64,000 nucleotides of DNA from contig NEEC01000008.1 in the NCBI GenBank assembly GCA_002189035.1, positions 806,001 through 870,000 of the forward strand, read 5' to 3'. Each line of letters begins with the position of its first letter. Position 1 is the first letter of the stretch. The translations under genes were made by a program, and so were the position numbers. Origin of the DNA: Utricularia gibba (Eukaryota; Plantae; Magnoliophyta). Shown here piece by piece: positions 1 through 11,749 of the stretch. The notes beneath the pieces were generated by a model. It had not been told where the DNA came from and searched no databases. It worked only from the letters and a program-made list of their open reading frames with translations.

Positions 1-361
1 GACCGAGTGAAGTAGGGCGCTGTGGTGTTGCAGGCGTTGAAGTTTTTGTGGGTAACACGCACCAAGTTGTGGAAGTTCTGGTTGTACTGAAACACTGTTC
101 ACAAACCATAACCAGATGATCGTACATTACCAGTAGAAAGAAAGAACAGAAACTACATCTTCAATGAACTGCGTTTGTGCATAACTTACGGAGAGTGTCC
201 CCAACGGTAAAATTCCTAGAAGCAGCCCACTTGCTGTAAAAGTCAACAGTAATGTTGATGGTAGTCCACCCAGATTCTCCTCCCACCATGAAAACCTCTC
301 CTTGACAAATTCCGGCCGCCATAGCAACCGCCAACAGTGGAACCAGAATAATGGTCGCCAT
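1..361 (-). CDS. Phytocyanin (plastocyanin-like blue-copper / early-nodulin-like protein), 3' part runs off the window
   Basis: Signal peptide then VFMVGGESGWT..FYSKWAASRNFTVGDTL; GT-AG intron 189..95; exon 2 reads LFQYNQNFHNLVRVTHKNFNACNTTAP, matching the phytocyanin pattern (VGD.L.F.Y....HNV.......Y..C). Confidence 0.9.
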
Positions 362-679
362 GGTGACACAGCTCCTACAACCTCTTCAATGGCAGATATT
401 CATTTATACATACGAAGAAGAAGCAGGAGCAGAGAAAGAGGGAAGTTGTTCGTATTTGGAAACTGGAAATACTCTGAAAGGAAACACGCCAAACAGCCTT
501 GACTGAGAAGGCTTTCTTTGATTCTCTTGCCTTATTCCAAGTGCAATGCCATTGCCTCAGTCAACTCCCATTCAAATCATATCATACCAAATTATGAACC
601 ATGGAGGTGCGTGATTCTTCTGCAAAATAAGCCGAAACAACGAAGCATCACTCATCACTGATCACTGACTGATGTCCCC

Positions 680-1142
680 AAACTTCAAAGAAGCCATATC
701 TCATTTAAAACCGCAATCTTTCTTCATCTTACCAAATAATGCAACGGCGTCAGTTGGTCTACCGGCCCGAACCAAGCGATCAACAAAAGCTTCAAAACAT
801 TTCACCCCAACTACCCCACGGCCATCAACTAGAACCTCATGGATAGCCTTAAAATCCTTCCTTCTCCCAAAATAACGTACCCAATAAGAGTAAACCTCAT
901 CCGTGGCTTCAAACCCCGGCCTTGATTTCGCCCATCGGGGGAAATCAACCGCCGCACGAAAAAATCGAGCGGAAAGTCTCCCGTTGCTTAAGAGACTCGA
1001 CTTCTCATTTTCTCATGTGACCATTAGTCCCACCTTGCTGCTGGCCACGCTGCACGTAAAGTTCGAGCGGTTCAACCATCTGGGAGCTGTGGAGATGCTG
1101 GGAAGGCATTGACGCAACAAAGAAATCAGGTGGGTTGCGCAT
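680..1142. pseudogene. Rearranged duplicate fragments of the PNM1-like PPR gene (source 34528-35232)
   Basis: 680-959 aligns without gaps to 34528-34807 (14 mismatches counted by eye); 968-1051 is the reverse complement of 34829-34912 (4 mismatches); 1055-1142 aligns to 35134-35232 including the PPR start codon. Confidence 0.95.
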
Positions 1143-1148
1143 TCTCAA

Positions 1149-1400
1149 TGTTGGGTCCGGCCCATTATATCACTTTAGGCAATTAGGAGTTTCCTATATA
1201 AACCAGGCGGCTCATCCGAGTTAGAGTACCGAACCGGAATTGTGGTGGGATCGTTGCTCCTCCTATGCCTTCAGCCATGGTATTTATCCCTTGAATTTGT
1301 TTTGTTGATGATAGGCTTTTGCAGTTGTGGATAGATGCATGTTTGGGTTCTTGGTTGATTTTTTTTTATTGCTTGGTTATTGATTGTGAAAAAATATTTC
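1149..1400 (+). promoter_or_regulatory. Captured copy of the RPL36a promoter, ATG micro-exon and 5' intron part (source about 35336-35587)
   Basis: GGCCCA site II at 1159, TATATAAA at 1195, gccttcagccATG|gtat at 1277-1281; TATA-to-ATG spacing is 82 nt, identical to the source locus (35382 to 35464). Confidence 0.9.
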
Positions 1401-2851
1401 TAGAGTCTAACATGATGTATATATATATGATTGTCCAGAAATCCAGAACGTGTCATCTAATGGAACTTAGATCATTACCAAGCCAACGAAGTCAATTCAG
1501 ATGGTTGTTGTCTATAGTATGCTGCATTCTACTATTCACTCTATCTAACATCTTCATTCAATATTTTGGTAAGTGATACATCACATGTTCTAAATTCTTC
1601 TCAAACTTGACAACATGCATGCTTATAGCTTCCTTTTCTACAGTGAATTTGGAGATATCAATGGTGCTGGATCTCAAACTGCTTAAATATTCCAAAGAAC
1701 TAGAGAAATGGGTAGATCAAATGCCAGAATCAATACATAATTTGACCAATTCCAGATCAGATGCATATCAACTTGATGGAGATATAAGAGTTGATGGGAA
1801 ATCTTCAACTATTCTCATAGCAAGTTCGCAAGATCATATTACCTCTTGGACTTTGAAGCCTTACACTAGAAAATTTGATCCTTATGTAATGAACTATGTC
1901 AAGATGTGGAAGATCAATGCTCAACCTGCTGCAAATCTCCCTTCGTGTGATCGAAAAATGACATCTCCAGCCGTACTATTCTCTGGAGGGGGATATACTG
2001 GAAACCAATTCCATGACTTTACTGATGTGCTTATTCCCCTCTACTTAACATCACGACACTTCAACATGACTGTCGTTTTTCTTTTGACAGATATGCGGTA
2101 CCCTTGGCTCAGAAAATATGTGGACATACTCCACAAGCTTTCCATGTATGAAATTATCAACATGGACAAGGAGAACCAAGTGATATGTTTTACAAAGATG
2201 ATTGTTGGCCTTAGAGCTCACAAAGAGTTTGGAATAGATGTTCTTCAATATCCTCACTACTCCATGATGGACTTTAGGGAGTTCCTCAGAAGCACCTACT
2301 TGCTACAGAGACGTCTGTTACCTAATGGTTCATGCTCAGCAAAGCCTCGGTTGCTCATCATTTCACGGAAGAGCAGCCGTCTCCTGAAGAACGAGGACAG
2401 AGTAGCAGATTTGGCACAGAATATCGGATTACATGTGACAACAACTGAGATAGATGACAAGAACATGACAACAGTTTCAAGATTTGTGAACTCATTTGAC
2501 ATTATCATGGGGGTTCATGGAGCTGGATTAGCCAACATGGTTTACCTACCGGACAATGCAGTTGTGATTGAAATAGTACCTTTTGGAGTGGACTCGTTGG
2601 CAAGACCTTATTTTAATATTCCTTCAAGAGAAATGAACCTGAGATATATTGAATACAAAGTAAGCTTGGAAGAGAGCTCTTTGCTAGGAAGGTATCCAGC
2701 AGACAGTGAAGTGTACCGACATCCAGGTGAAATCCAACGTAAAGGTTTTCTTGGGTTTAGGTCTATTTATCTGGATAATCAAGATGTAACCCTTGATTTG
2801 AATAGGTTTAGGAGGGTTCTTTTGAGAGCCCTGAGTTACATATGTGGCTAG
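1277..2851 (+). CDS. Glycosyltransferase family 61 (DUF563; xylan arabinosyl/xylosyltransferase-like), type II membrane protein; probable exons 1277-1279, 1439-1568, 1644-2851
   Basis: 414-aa ORF with GGYTGNQFHDFTDVLIPLY and FDIIMGVHGAGLANMVYLP..VIEIVPFG motifs; upstream exon encodes a TM helix (WLLSIVCCILLFTLSNIFIQYF) and joins in phase 1. The start exon is inferred; in-frame ATGs also exist at 1412 and 1460. Confidence 0.9.
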
Positions 2852-3046
2852 CATCTAATGAGTCAAGGATTCAGATGTTCTAGTTTCGAACTACTATTCA
2901 TGGCTTTCATTAAATAAGTGGATGATCCCGGATAATCACAAGCAAAGCAATGAATCACCTACTACTAATGAACAAGCTGTTGAACCACAAGCTCGGATGG
3001 ACAGCTCCAACATGAATACATGGATGGAAGATGTCCGACTTTTAAT

Positions 3047-3856
3047 TCAAGTGTCACGGGGAAGGCGCCTCGTTGCAAGTGTAGAATAATAGTGGGACTC
3101 CAACTCCCTCAGGCTAGCAGAGGCTTCTTCACCTATTCTCGCCAGTGATGAGTTTGTGTCATCAGCTAATCTTCCAAATACCTCTGTTTTTTGATCAATG
3201 TGGTCATTCAGAGATGCAAATCCAGAGTAGACCGCAGTCTGCTTCAGCTCAGATACCAGCTTCAGAAGCGAGTCTGCTGCTTGGACCTGTCATACACACA
3301 CACACAGTACACCCAAACACAAATGTCAGCTTCTCCTGAATTCTTCAGATGCATGAGAATGACGACAGTTTACCAAACGTGCAGCCCGCATCTCCATCAT
3401 GAAAGTTTCTTGGGAATTTCTGACTGGTGGATCATTAACCTAGAAGGAGCATTTTACTATTAGATGCAGCCATACTTGAAAGAATCGAACTTTCATCAGA
3501 GGAAGCATGTTTGTTCACATCAGCCGCATCAGGACTTCCACCCAATAGGGCAACTTAACAAATTGACATATTTCTAATGGCAATACTGTCTCCTGCGAGA
3601 CGAATTCCACAATGCGATTTTCTGAGACAAACTTGGGAGATGATCTAAAGATGAAATCTTCACCAAACACCCATCAGTAGAAGGCAAAGGCACATGAACA
3701 TACCCTTGTCGCATTCACCAGGAACCCGAAATTATCCAAAAGATTTCCAATGTCATTGTCCACCCTCTGCAGAAGCGATTTCTGCTTCTGCGCCGCCGCT
3801 GCGGCTGCGGCGTCTGTCGGTCCACCTCCGCCCAGGCCCGCTGCTGCTTTGTTCAT
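3047..3856 (-). CDS. MED22: Mediator subunit 22; exons 3856-3704, 3439-3374, 3286-3047
   Basis: [29 protein letters not shown] / [22 protein letters not shown] / [38 protein letters not shown]; all introns GT-AG and in frame. Confidence 0.95.
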
Positions 3857-4178
3857 TTCAAAAAGACACCTTTTTGCATCAAATCCCCGTTCGGACTTCG
3901 CGAATTTTAGGGTTTCCGGCCTACGCCGAGATTTGAAGCTGATTTCCCCAAGATGACTGATTAGTGCACAAGACTGGAATAGACCGAGTTACGTGGAACC
4001 TACTCCAAGCACACAAGGGCAAATCCGTCATGTAAAAAGACTTGCCGCACTACACTAAAGCAAAAGAGTCTATTGTCTCATCTCCTCCCACTTTTTTTTT
4101 TTTTTTTTTGTTGGAACCGCTTTTGAGTGTTTGTTGATTTGTCTGTGAGGATTATTCACTCCATTCAAAAAAAAAACA

Positions 4179-5968
4179 ATGCTGCAATGTCCTCAGCGAA
4201 CACTTGCATTTGCAAACCTTTTCTACAGTCTCTCCTCCATCTTCCTCCTCCTCCTATTCTTCTTCCATTTTACCTGCATTTTCCTTGCACCCCTCTTCAC
4301 CCTCCTTGGAGCCAACCCCTTCTGCCACAGGCATGTGCCATCTTTTGTTGCATCCTTTTTCTCGTTGTTTCCTCTCATTGTTTTCGTGTTGCAGGACCCA
4401 GAACGGGAGTGATGTGGATGAAGAAAATGAAGTGGGAGAAGCACAAGTTGAGGGTGATTCCGATGATGATCAGGTTATGCAGCAAGAGAATGGTGGAGAA
4501 GCTAGTCACTATGCGACCCCAAATCGTGAAGAAGAAGAAGAAGGTGTTGTTGCTTCAAGACTAGCATTTCATGAAGCTGATGTCAAAGGTAACTTGGAAA
4601 GTAGAGACCTTTGTCTTATGTATATATTCTCGAGCTTGACAAGTAGTTTCATGCCAGGGTATTCAAACAGGGTATCTGGGAGAGGGGAGATTCTTCCGGA
4701 GTATAACAATGGATTAGGGAAAGAAGTGTCTGAAGGGAAGAAATTGGCCCGGGATCATCATGTCTTTGCAGACTCGTTCACCATTGGATCCACATCAAAG
4801 GATTCTTCAGAATGGAGAAGCTCCACAAACTGCAGAGATTCAGGTACAGACGATCCCTTTTCGTCTTCGTCCAGACGAAGCTGCCCCAACTGGGAATCCT
4901 ACAGTCTCTTTCATAAGTACGACGAGGAGATGCTGTTTCTAGATCGGATCACTGCACAGAAGCTCCAAGAAACAGGTAATTTCCTTCATTCTCTTGTCTC
5001 TACGACCAACCAACACCAGCTGTTCATCAAAGTTCTCTTTGCAGAATCAGTTAAGGCGAATTCGACGTCTGTAAGAACCCCAAGGGTATCTCGGTTTCAA
5101 CATAATGCTTACCATGAACTCGAGTCTGCTTATGTAGCACAAATCTGCTTGACATGGGAAGCTCTGAACTGGAACTACAAGTACTTCAACCGCCTCAGGG
5201 CGTCACGAAAAGACTATGATCCGGGTTGCCCTGCATATACCGCGCAGCAGTTTCAACAGTTTCAAGTTCTGTTGCAGAGATACATTGAAAATGAACCATA
5301 TGAACGTGGCCGCCGGCCCCAAGTTTTCGCCCGAATGCGAGCTTCTCTACCGAAGCTTCTTCAAGTTCCAGAGTATCGAGGTACGATTCTGATCATCAAC
5401 CAAAGCTGACTAAGTTTGTGTTTTCCTGAGTTCAAAGCTTGGGATGTGCTAGATTCAGAAGATGGCAACATTGAAGATCATCCGAGAATCCCATCGATTT
5501 CATTTCTATGGATCATGGAAGAATCAATGAGAACATTCCTGTGTTTCCTGAAGAATGACAAGAAGAGCCACTGCAGGATCATCATGGATTTCTTCAGGGG
5601 AAGCCGAAGAAGAGGCTCCCTCCGTTTCTTACTCGAGAAAGTAAACAAGAAGGTAGATCAAATACTAATTTCCCTGTGAATAAATTCCCCATTCCCTTGA
5701 CTTCTATCCAAAATAAGCACAGAAAAGGAAGAGGGTGAAGGAGCTTCAAGGATCCAACAACTGTCTGGGAAGAAGGAAGCTGAATAAAGAAGTAGAGATG
5801 GAGGTTCTCATGGCATCAATAGATCTCAGAGTCGTCTCCAGAGTGCTGAGAATGCATTACGTGAACCAGGAACAGTTGCTCTGGTGTGAAAACAAGATGA
5901 GTAAAGTCACATTTTCTGATGGGAACCTGCTCAGAGATCCGGCCCTGCTTTTCTTCCCAGCTCACTAA
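4179..5968 (+). CDS. DUF1666 family protein; probable exons 4179-4330, 4395-4588, 4658-4975, 5045-5380, 5453-5652, 5723-5968
   Basis: DPFSSSSRRSCPNWESY..KYDEEM, ELESAYVAQICLTWEALNWNY, FQQFQVLLQRYIENEPYERGRRP..RMR..KLLQVPE and final LLRDP..LFFP motifs; hydrophobic first exon joined through a GC-AG intron. Confidence 0.85.
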
Positions 5969-7292
5969 CCATCACAACAAGAACAAAGCCAATGCTGACA
6001 ACCTAATGGCACGTCACTACCAAGTTGTGCAGTCCAGGACTAGAGCAGAGGCTCAATACTACATGTAATGCATGTGCGCGAGTCAAACAAAGCAGGGCTA
6101 CCCTTTTGTGCAGTCCACCAACCAGCACCATCTTCTGTACACATACACACCGAAAAAAAAAAAGATTTTGCCTCTGAATCACCATTTCCTCACCTTTATC
6201 CTTCACTCAGGATCAATCAAAAAGAACCCCGCATCAAATAACTTGTAGTTACCAAGACTTATCACGCTGTTCAAGAGCTCTATCCACGGTTTGCCGATTC
6301 CCCAACCAAAAGAAAATACGTGTGTATATACTAAGACCATTCTTGTGCAGATGAAAAGAAGCCTGGACTTTAAAAAAGAGGATGGAAAGATAAAGAGGTG
6401 GACATTGGTAGACTTTAGCAAAAGTGAGCTGCAGTCACCATTGCTTTCCATCGTAAGCGTACAACCTTGAAATGTGAGAATCAACAAACTTTTATTTTCT
6501 TATTAAATACTAAACATATATTATAAATCCAAAGACGTTTTTGAAAATAATGAATGGCATTTTGCATTCAAAATTTATTTTAGAGTTATTTGTACATCAT
6601 TTTTCCTAAAAATTTCTCATCATTTTTATGATATTTCTGTAATTATACATAAAACACCAGAATATTAAATATAAATCGTTTTTACATATAATTGATTCAT
6701 TGGATTTTTTTAAAAAAATAAGGACTCGAAAATAATTGAAAAAAAAAAATAAAAAACTGATTTTAATAAAATATATAACATGGTTTTGAATTTAGTCTTC
6801 ACATTATTGTATATATGTAAACTTTGAAGATTGATTCAATTATATAACTTTTAAAAATATTATTTTAAAATAGTATCATTCAATAATTGTTATGATATTG
6901 TCTTTTGTTCAGTGAGATTATGGAATTAACTACATTATCAAAGTTATTTCACCTTTTGTTAAATCAATTATCAATTTTCATATTTTTACACTAATTTAAA
7001 TTTTCAATGTAATCACCTAATTTCAAAAGTAATAAAAACTCAAAGTTTGAACTTTTATTTGGCTGTGATGCTTGAAAATTAAATTTCAATTGATAATAAA
7101 ATTATTTATGAAATGCTTATATCAAACAATTGGAAAATTATGAAGGCTAGAATTTGCAGTTTAAGATTCCCAATATTGACCTTCCTTGTAGATGTTATAA
7201 AGGAACTGGCGTCTTCTTCTTTGTGATTTAACCTCAACTCGATTGAAGTTATCATCCATTTGCATGATCATGATGAAAGGCTGATGATCTTG

Positions 7293-7943
7293 GAGTTATT
7301 AGATAAGTGGTCACCTTCTCACATGTGTGTGATAAAAGTGGCCACTGTATGTAATTTATTACAAAAATGTCCATTCTTTCATTACAAAAAAAATTATTTT
7401 TATTAGAAAAATTGATAATAATGATATTCAGTTTTATATATAACATTCAAATTTAATAAATTTAATTTTTTCAAAAATATCAATTACTAAAAAATGTTTA
7501 AATATCCAAAAATTTTCTATAACTTTTCAACTTATTATTTATAAAATATTTTTGTATAAAATACGATAAATTATTTTAAAAATATTAATTCGAAAAAATT
7601 TGTTATTAAACATATAAATAATTATCAAATTTATTTTTTTTTCAAATAATGAAATATAATTATGTTATATTTGTAATCTAAATTATATTTTTTGTGAAAA
7701 AACAAACATTTGTTTCAATAATACAATAACAAAATATAAAATGCAGATTTTGTGATCCTTATTTATATTGACATATTAGAGAATATATTAATGAAATATT
7801 TATTTTAAAACTATTTATTTATGTTATATATAAAAAAATAGAATGAAAAATCGTATACAAAATATTTGTTATTTTTTTTAAGTTAAAAGATGGCCACTTT
7901 TGTAAGGAAATTCACAGAATGACCACTTTTTTCACACACAATT
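7293..7943. mobile_element. Possible MULE-type MITE (AT-rich interior, imperfect terminal inverted repeats)
   Basis: Repeated AAAAGTGGYCA motif at about 7300-7348 and its reverse complement at about 7889-7940; no clear TSD found. Confidence 0.3.
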
Positions 7944-8825
7944 GGGGGCCATTTGAGTAAAAGACCCTCGATGATGATCCCGCCTACATTCTTGGGCTTT
8001 ACTACTTGCAATGAATACATAAAAAGGGAAGGTAACCACCCCCACCGGTCCCAATGGGTCCGACGTCGTTTCAGCTTGAGGGCTAGATGGATACTGGGTA
8101 CAACTTCCACTGGGTTTAGATTCTAACCCCACTTGGTTAATAATTTTTAAACACGAGAGATGGAATTTTGAGCAATGTTTTGTAAAATTTTTGAAAACTG
8201 TTTTTACTTTTTAAAATTATTTTTAAAAAATAGAAATAAAAAATAAAATTAACCAACTCATTATTTTTAAAAAAATAATTTTTTATTATAATTTAAAAAT
8301 ATTTTTGATAGAATTACTTTTATAATTAAAATTATTCTAAAACAAACTATTTTTAATTCTAAAAAATAGAAATATATTTTAAAAATTTTTCAACATACTA
8401 ATTTGGTAGTAGCATAATAATAATACCTACCTATTGCGAAAATTGTATTAAATATCTCAACTCTTTTACATAATATCAAAAATAGTTCTCAATATTTTAT
8501 TTGAAAAACACGATTAGTTCTCATTGAAAAAATTAATCTCCATCATTTTATTATCTTGCATAAATGGTTCCCAATATTTCAGATTGCTTACATAATTAGA
8601 ACCCTAATTTTTGGACGTTTGGCATTATTAATCCCCAATGCTTTTCTATTTGAAATAATTAGTCCCCATATAATATTCACACCAAAAGTTCCCACTAATT
8701 GAAATTCTCACAAAATTGGTCGCTTCTCGCATTCGCGCCGGTCGCTTGGGCATGCCCATCGCCGTCTAACATTGATCGGTTGCTGCCTTTGCACATCTCA
8801 CCGATTGAGCTCTGTGATTGTGACT

Positions 8826-9130
8826 CGGGTTTCAAAATCGGATCGGTGGAGGACCGATCCGGTTTTGAAACCGGTTTAACCGGTCAATATATATATATAT
8901 ATTAGATTAAATTTCATATTATTATTTTATAAAAACATACAAATATAATATATTCAATTAGTAAAATACAGAATTTGTGACGTGAAATCTGATTCCCAAA
9001 AACCCAAAATACGAAAAAATAATTGATTAACAAATAATCCTAAAAAACTAATAATCGCTTGGCCCGATTAACCGGCCACACAAGAAAAACCGGTTAACCG
9101 GTTTGACTCGCCGGTTAACCGGCCGAGTCA
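8826..9130. mobile_element. hAT-like MITE remnant with subterminal AACCGG/CCGGTT repeats
   Basis: TTTCAAAA(T/C)CGGATCGGT-type end sequence and many AACCGG/CCGGTT units flanking an AT-rich core. Confidence 0.4.
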
Positions 9131-11749
9131 CAATCTCAATTTGAGCTGCCTCATCATGTAGTGGTAGTTGAAGCTTCCACCGATGACGGCGGATGCTACT
9201 AGGCCGATTCACAGTGGGATAGTGGGCTGTTTTGTGTTGGCCGAGTGGGGCGATTCATGACCCAATTGGTGCATTGAAGGGTGGGGGGCCAAGTACAACG
9301 AAAGCTCAACCCAATTAAGTTTCGGCCCAAGCCGAAGCGCTCCGATACATAGTGGGCTATTGGTAGACTGTTCTATTCATAAGGCATTGATATGCATCTA
9401 TCATTACATTTTTTTATGACAATGGTAGATGCCTTTTTGGCAAGCTTCATCACAATGTCCATAATTCTGGAACAAACATTTGTAAAAAACCCTATGGGTT
9501 TGTTTGAAAAGCTTTTAAGACATTTTAACAAGAGTTTTAAATTAAAATTATGTTTGGTAGTGGTTGTAAAATTATATAATTTTGTTTATCTTCACACGTA
9601 TGTACCTAATGTTTGGATGTGAAGCTTAACATAGGAGGGGGGAGGAGAGGGTCTTCATTTATGCTCATAATCTCTCCTTATCCCTATTTAATATTAACTC
9701 TACAAGTGCATAAAAATTGTTGAAATAATAAAATAAGATTATATCTACATAAAATTGTTTTTAGAATTTTATTTTTAAAATAATGATTCAAAAGATTGAA
9801 ACCAAAACACTATAATAAGATTTGCTGGACTTTTTTTATGGCCTCGTATCAAATCTTTATCCGAAAATTCTATGATAAAATATAAATATTCCAAGATAAA
9901 ATAAGATTTGATCTATTCAAATGAATACCCAATTAAAAATTATTGAATTAGATAATATTATATGATCTTTGCTCATGTAAAAATCAAATTGAATCTTATT
10001 TAAATTAGGTCAAAATCATTCTAAAAAATCATAAAACTCACTTTTACTCCAAAAAAATTAATATGATATGAAGGTTAAAATTTATTAAAAAAAATAGGAA
10101 AAATAAAATGAAAGGATGATAAAACATATTTTTGAGTGTTTAGAAGTAGAAAAATATCTAATATTTTGCCACAAAATTCGAATTCTAACATGAATTCCTA
10201 TGTTTTTATGATTAATATTGTAGTCGCGTGTTTTATTTCTAATTGGGACTAAATCATAAATTTAGTCTCAACCTTGTTTCTAATAGTTACTTTGAGCAAT
10301 GCAGCAATTGTCAACTATCCCAAATCCCGATGAGCTGAAAAAGAATAGTACAATCACATAAAATATGAGCAAAAAGTTGAATGAAGTAGAAACAATCCCA
10401 AGGAATGAAAAAGATGATTTTTGGAAATGATGGAAGAGAGAGAAGGGGGATACCTTGAAAAACACCTGGGACTTTTGGAAAAGTATGTCTATTGCAAGAA
10501 CATCTAGAAGAGCGGAGGAAGACGATCCACAACAACACGCTCTCCTTTGAAGATTTTTTTCCGCTCTTGAATAATGCTATTCCTAGCTTATAATGGTTTT
10601 AGCTTTACTGTGTGAATCATTTGACTTCTCTATTTATGTTATGCACTGCTTGCTATTGTTTAATTTTAAGATCAGAATGTTGCTTAGATATGTTAGGAAA
10701 ATGTTTTTCTTTTCCTTATCATGTGTAGCTAAAACATTTAGGGGTGCCTTGGGGCAAAAAAAAGAGAAATGTGCTAATCAACTTTTTTTTTTACTTTGTT
10801 AACCATAAATCTCACCTCTTCCTTAACAAACTAAAATAGATCCAGGAGAGTTAAGAAGTGACACTCATCTTACAACTCTAATTTGAGGTAGATCAAAGAT
10901 TAGGGGAAAACACAAGTTCAGGTAAACCTAAACTTTGTTATTAGATGCATGATTTATGGGTAGAGTGGGGCTAATTTAGTGATAAGCATGCATTTCCCTT
11001 AGAGTCCCAAGGCATCACCTTGTTTCTTTTTTGAAAAGTTCTATTTTTATCTATTAATGTTCTTTTGCATTTTATCGTCGATCTGTCTTAGTCTTAATTG
11101 AGATTAAATCTATTAACTGTGACACATTGTATGCATTGATAATCACATGACAAGTACTTACTCTTCATGTTCGACCCTAATCATTATGTTCATAATTGTA
11201 TTATGCTCGAATGTATATTAGGTTATAAATTTTATTTGATAGGTAAAATTTTTGTTTATCAAAGTAATGCAAAACTAACCTAAAAAAATCATAAAAAAAC
11301 ATAAATATAAGTGACACAAAATTAATTATCACTCTTCTATCCCTCCCATCACCACAACTCATTTTTAGTGATTACTCGTGGCTTCCCTCATCAAAACACC
11401 ACTTTATCATTATCAGCTAGATTCCATTACCTATCTTTAGGTAATTGTTCGTATTCTTTGAGTTTTTATGGCTAATTGTCGTCTCTTTCAGTAGACAAAA
11501 TGATTAGTATTATTAATGGAAATAGTTTAATGTATCCATCATGGAATTGTTTCATCTTCTTTGGATTTCACATGGTATATTCAATTTCTAATCAGAATAT
11601 GTTTTTTGAAATTTCACTATATTTCCACAGCTTAGACTCCGATTTCAACTTATATGATTGACATTTTGCATTTCTTTATGGAGCATTCTTGTTTGCCCTA
11701 GGAATGATTTCTGAATCAATAAGAGCAGCAGCTATGGGCGTTGCACATG

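Noticed and set aside
903-1112. 69-aa ORF containing ESLPLLKRLDFSFSHVTISPTLLLATL
   Set aside because: By-product of the inverted PNM1 fragment; not an independent gene.
9140-11700. LTR-like or gene-like fragments
   Set aside because: No diagnostic protein motif, paired LTRs or PBS/PPT could be supported by eye.
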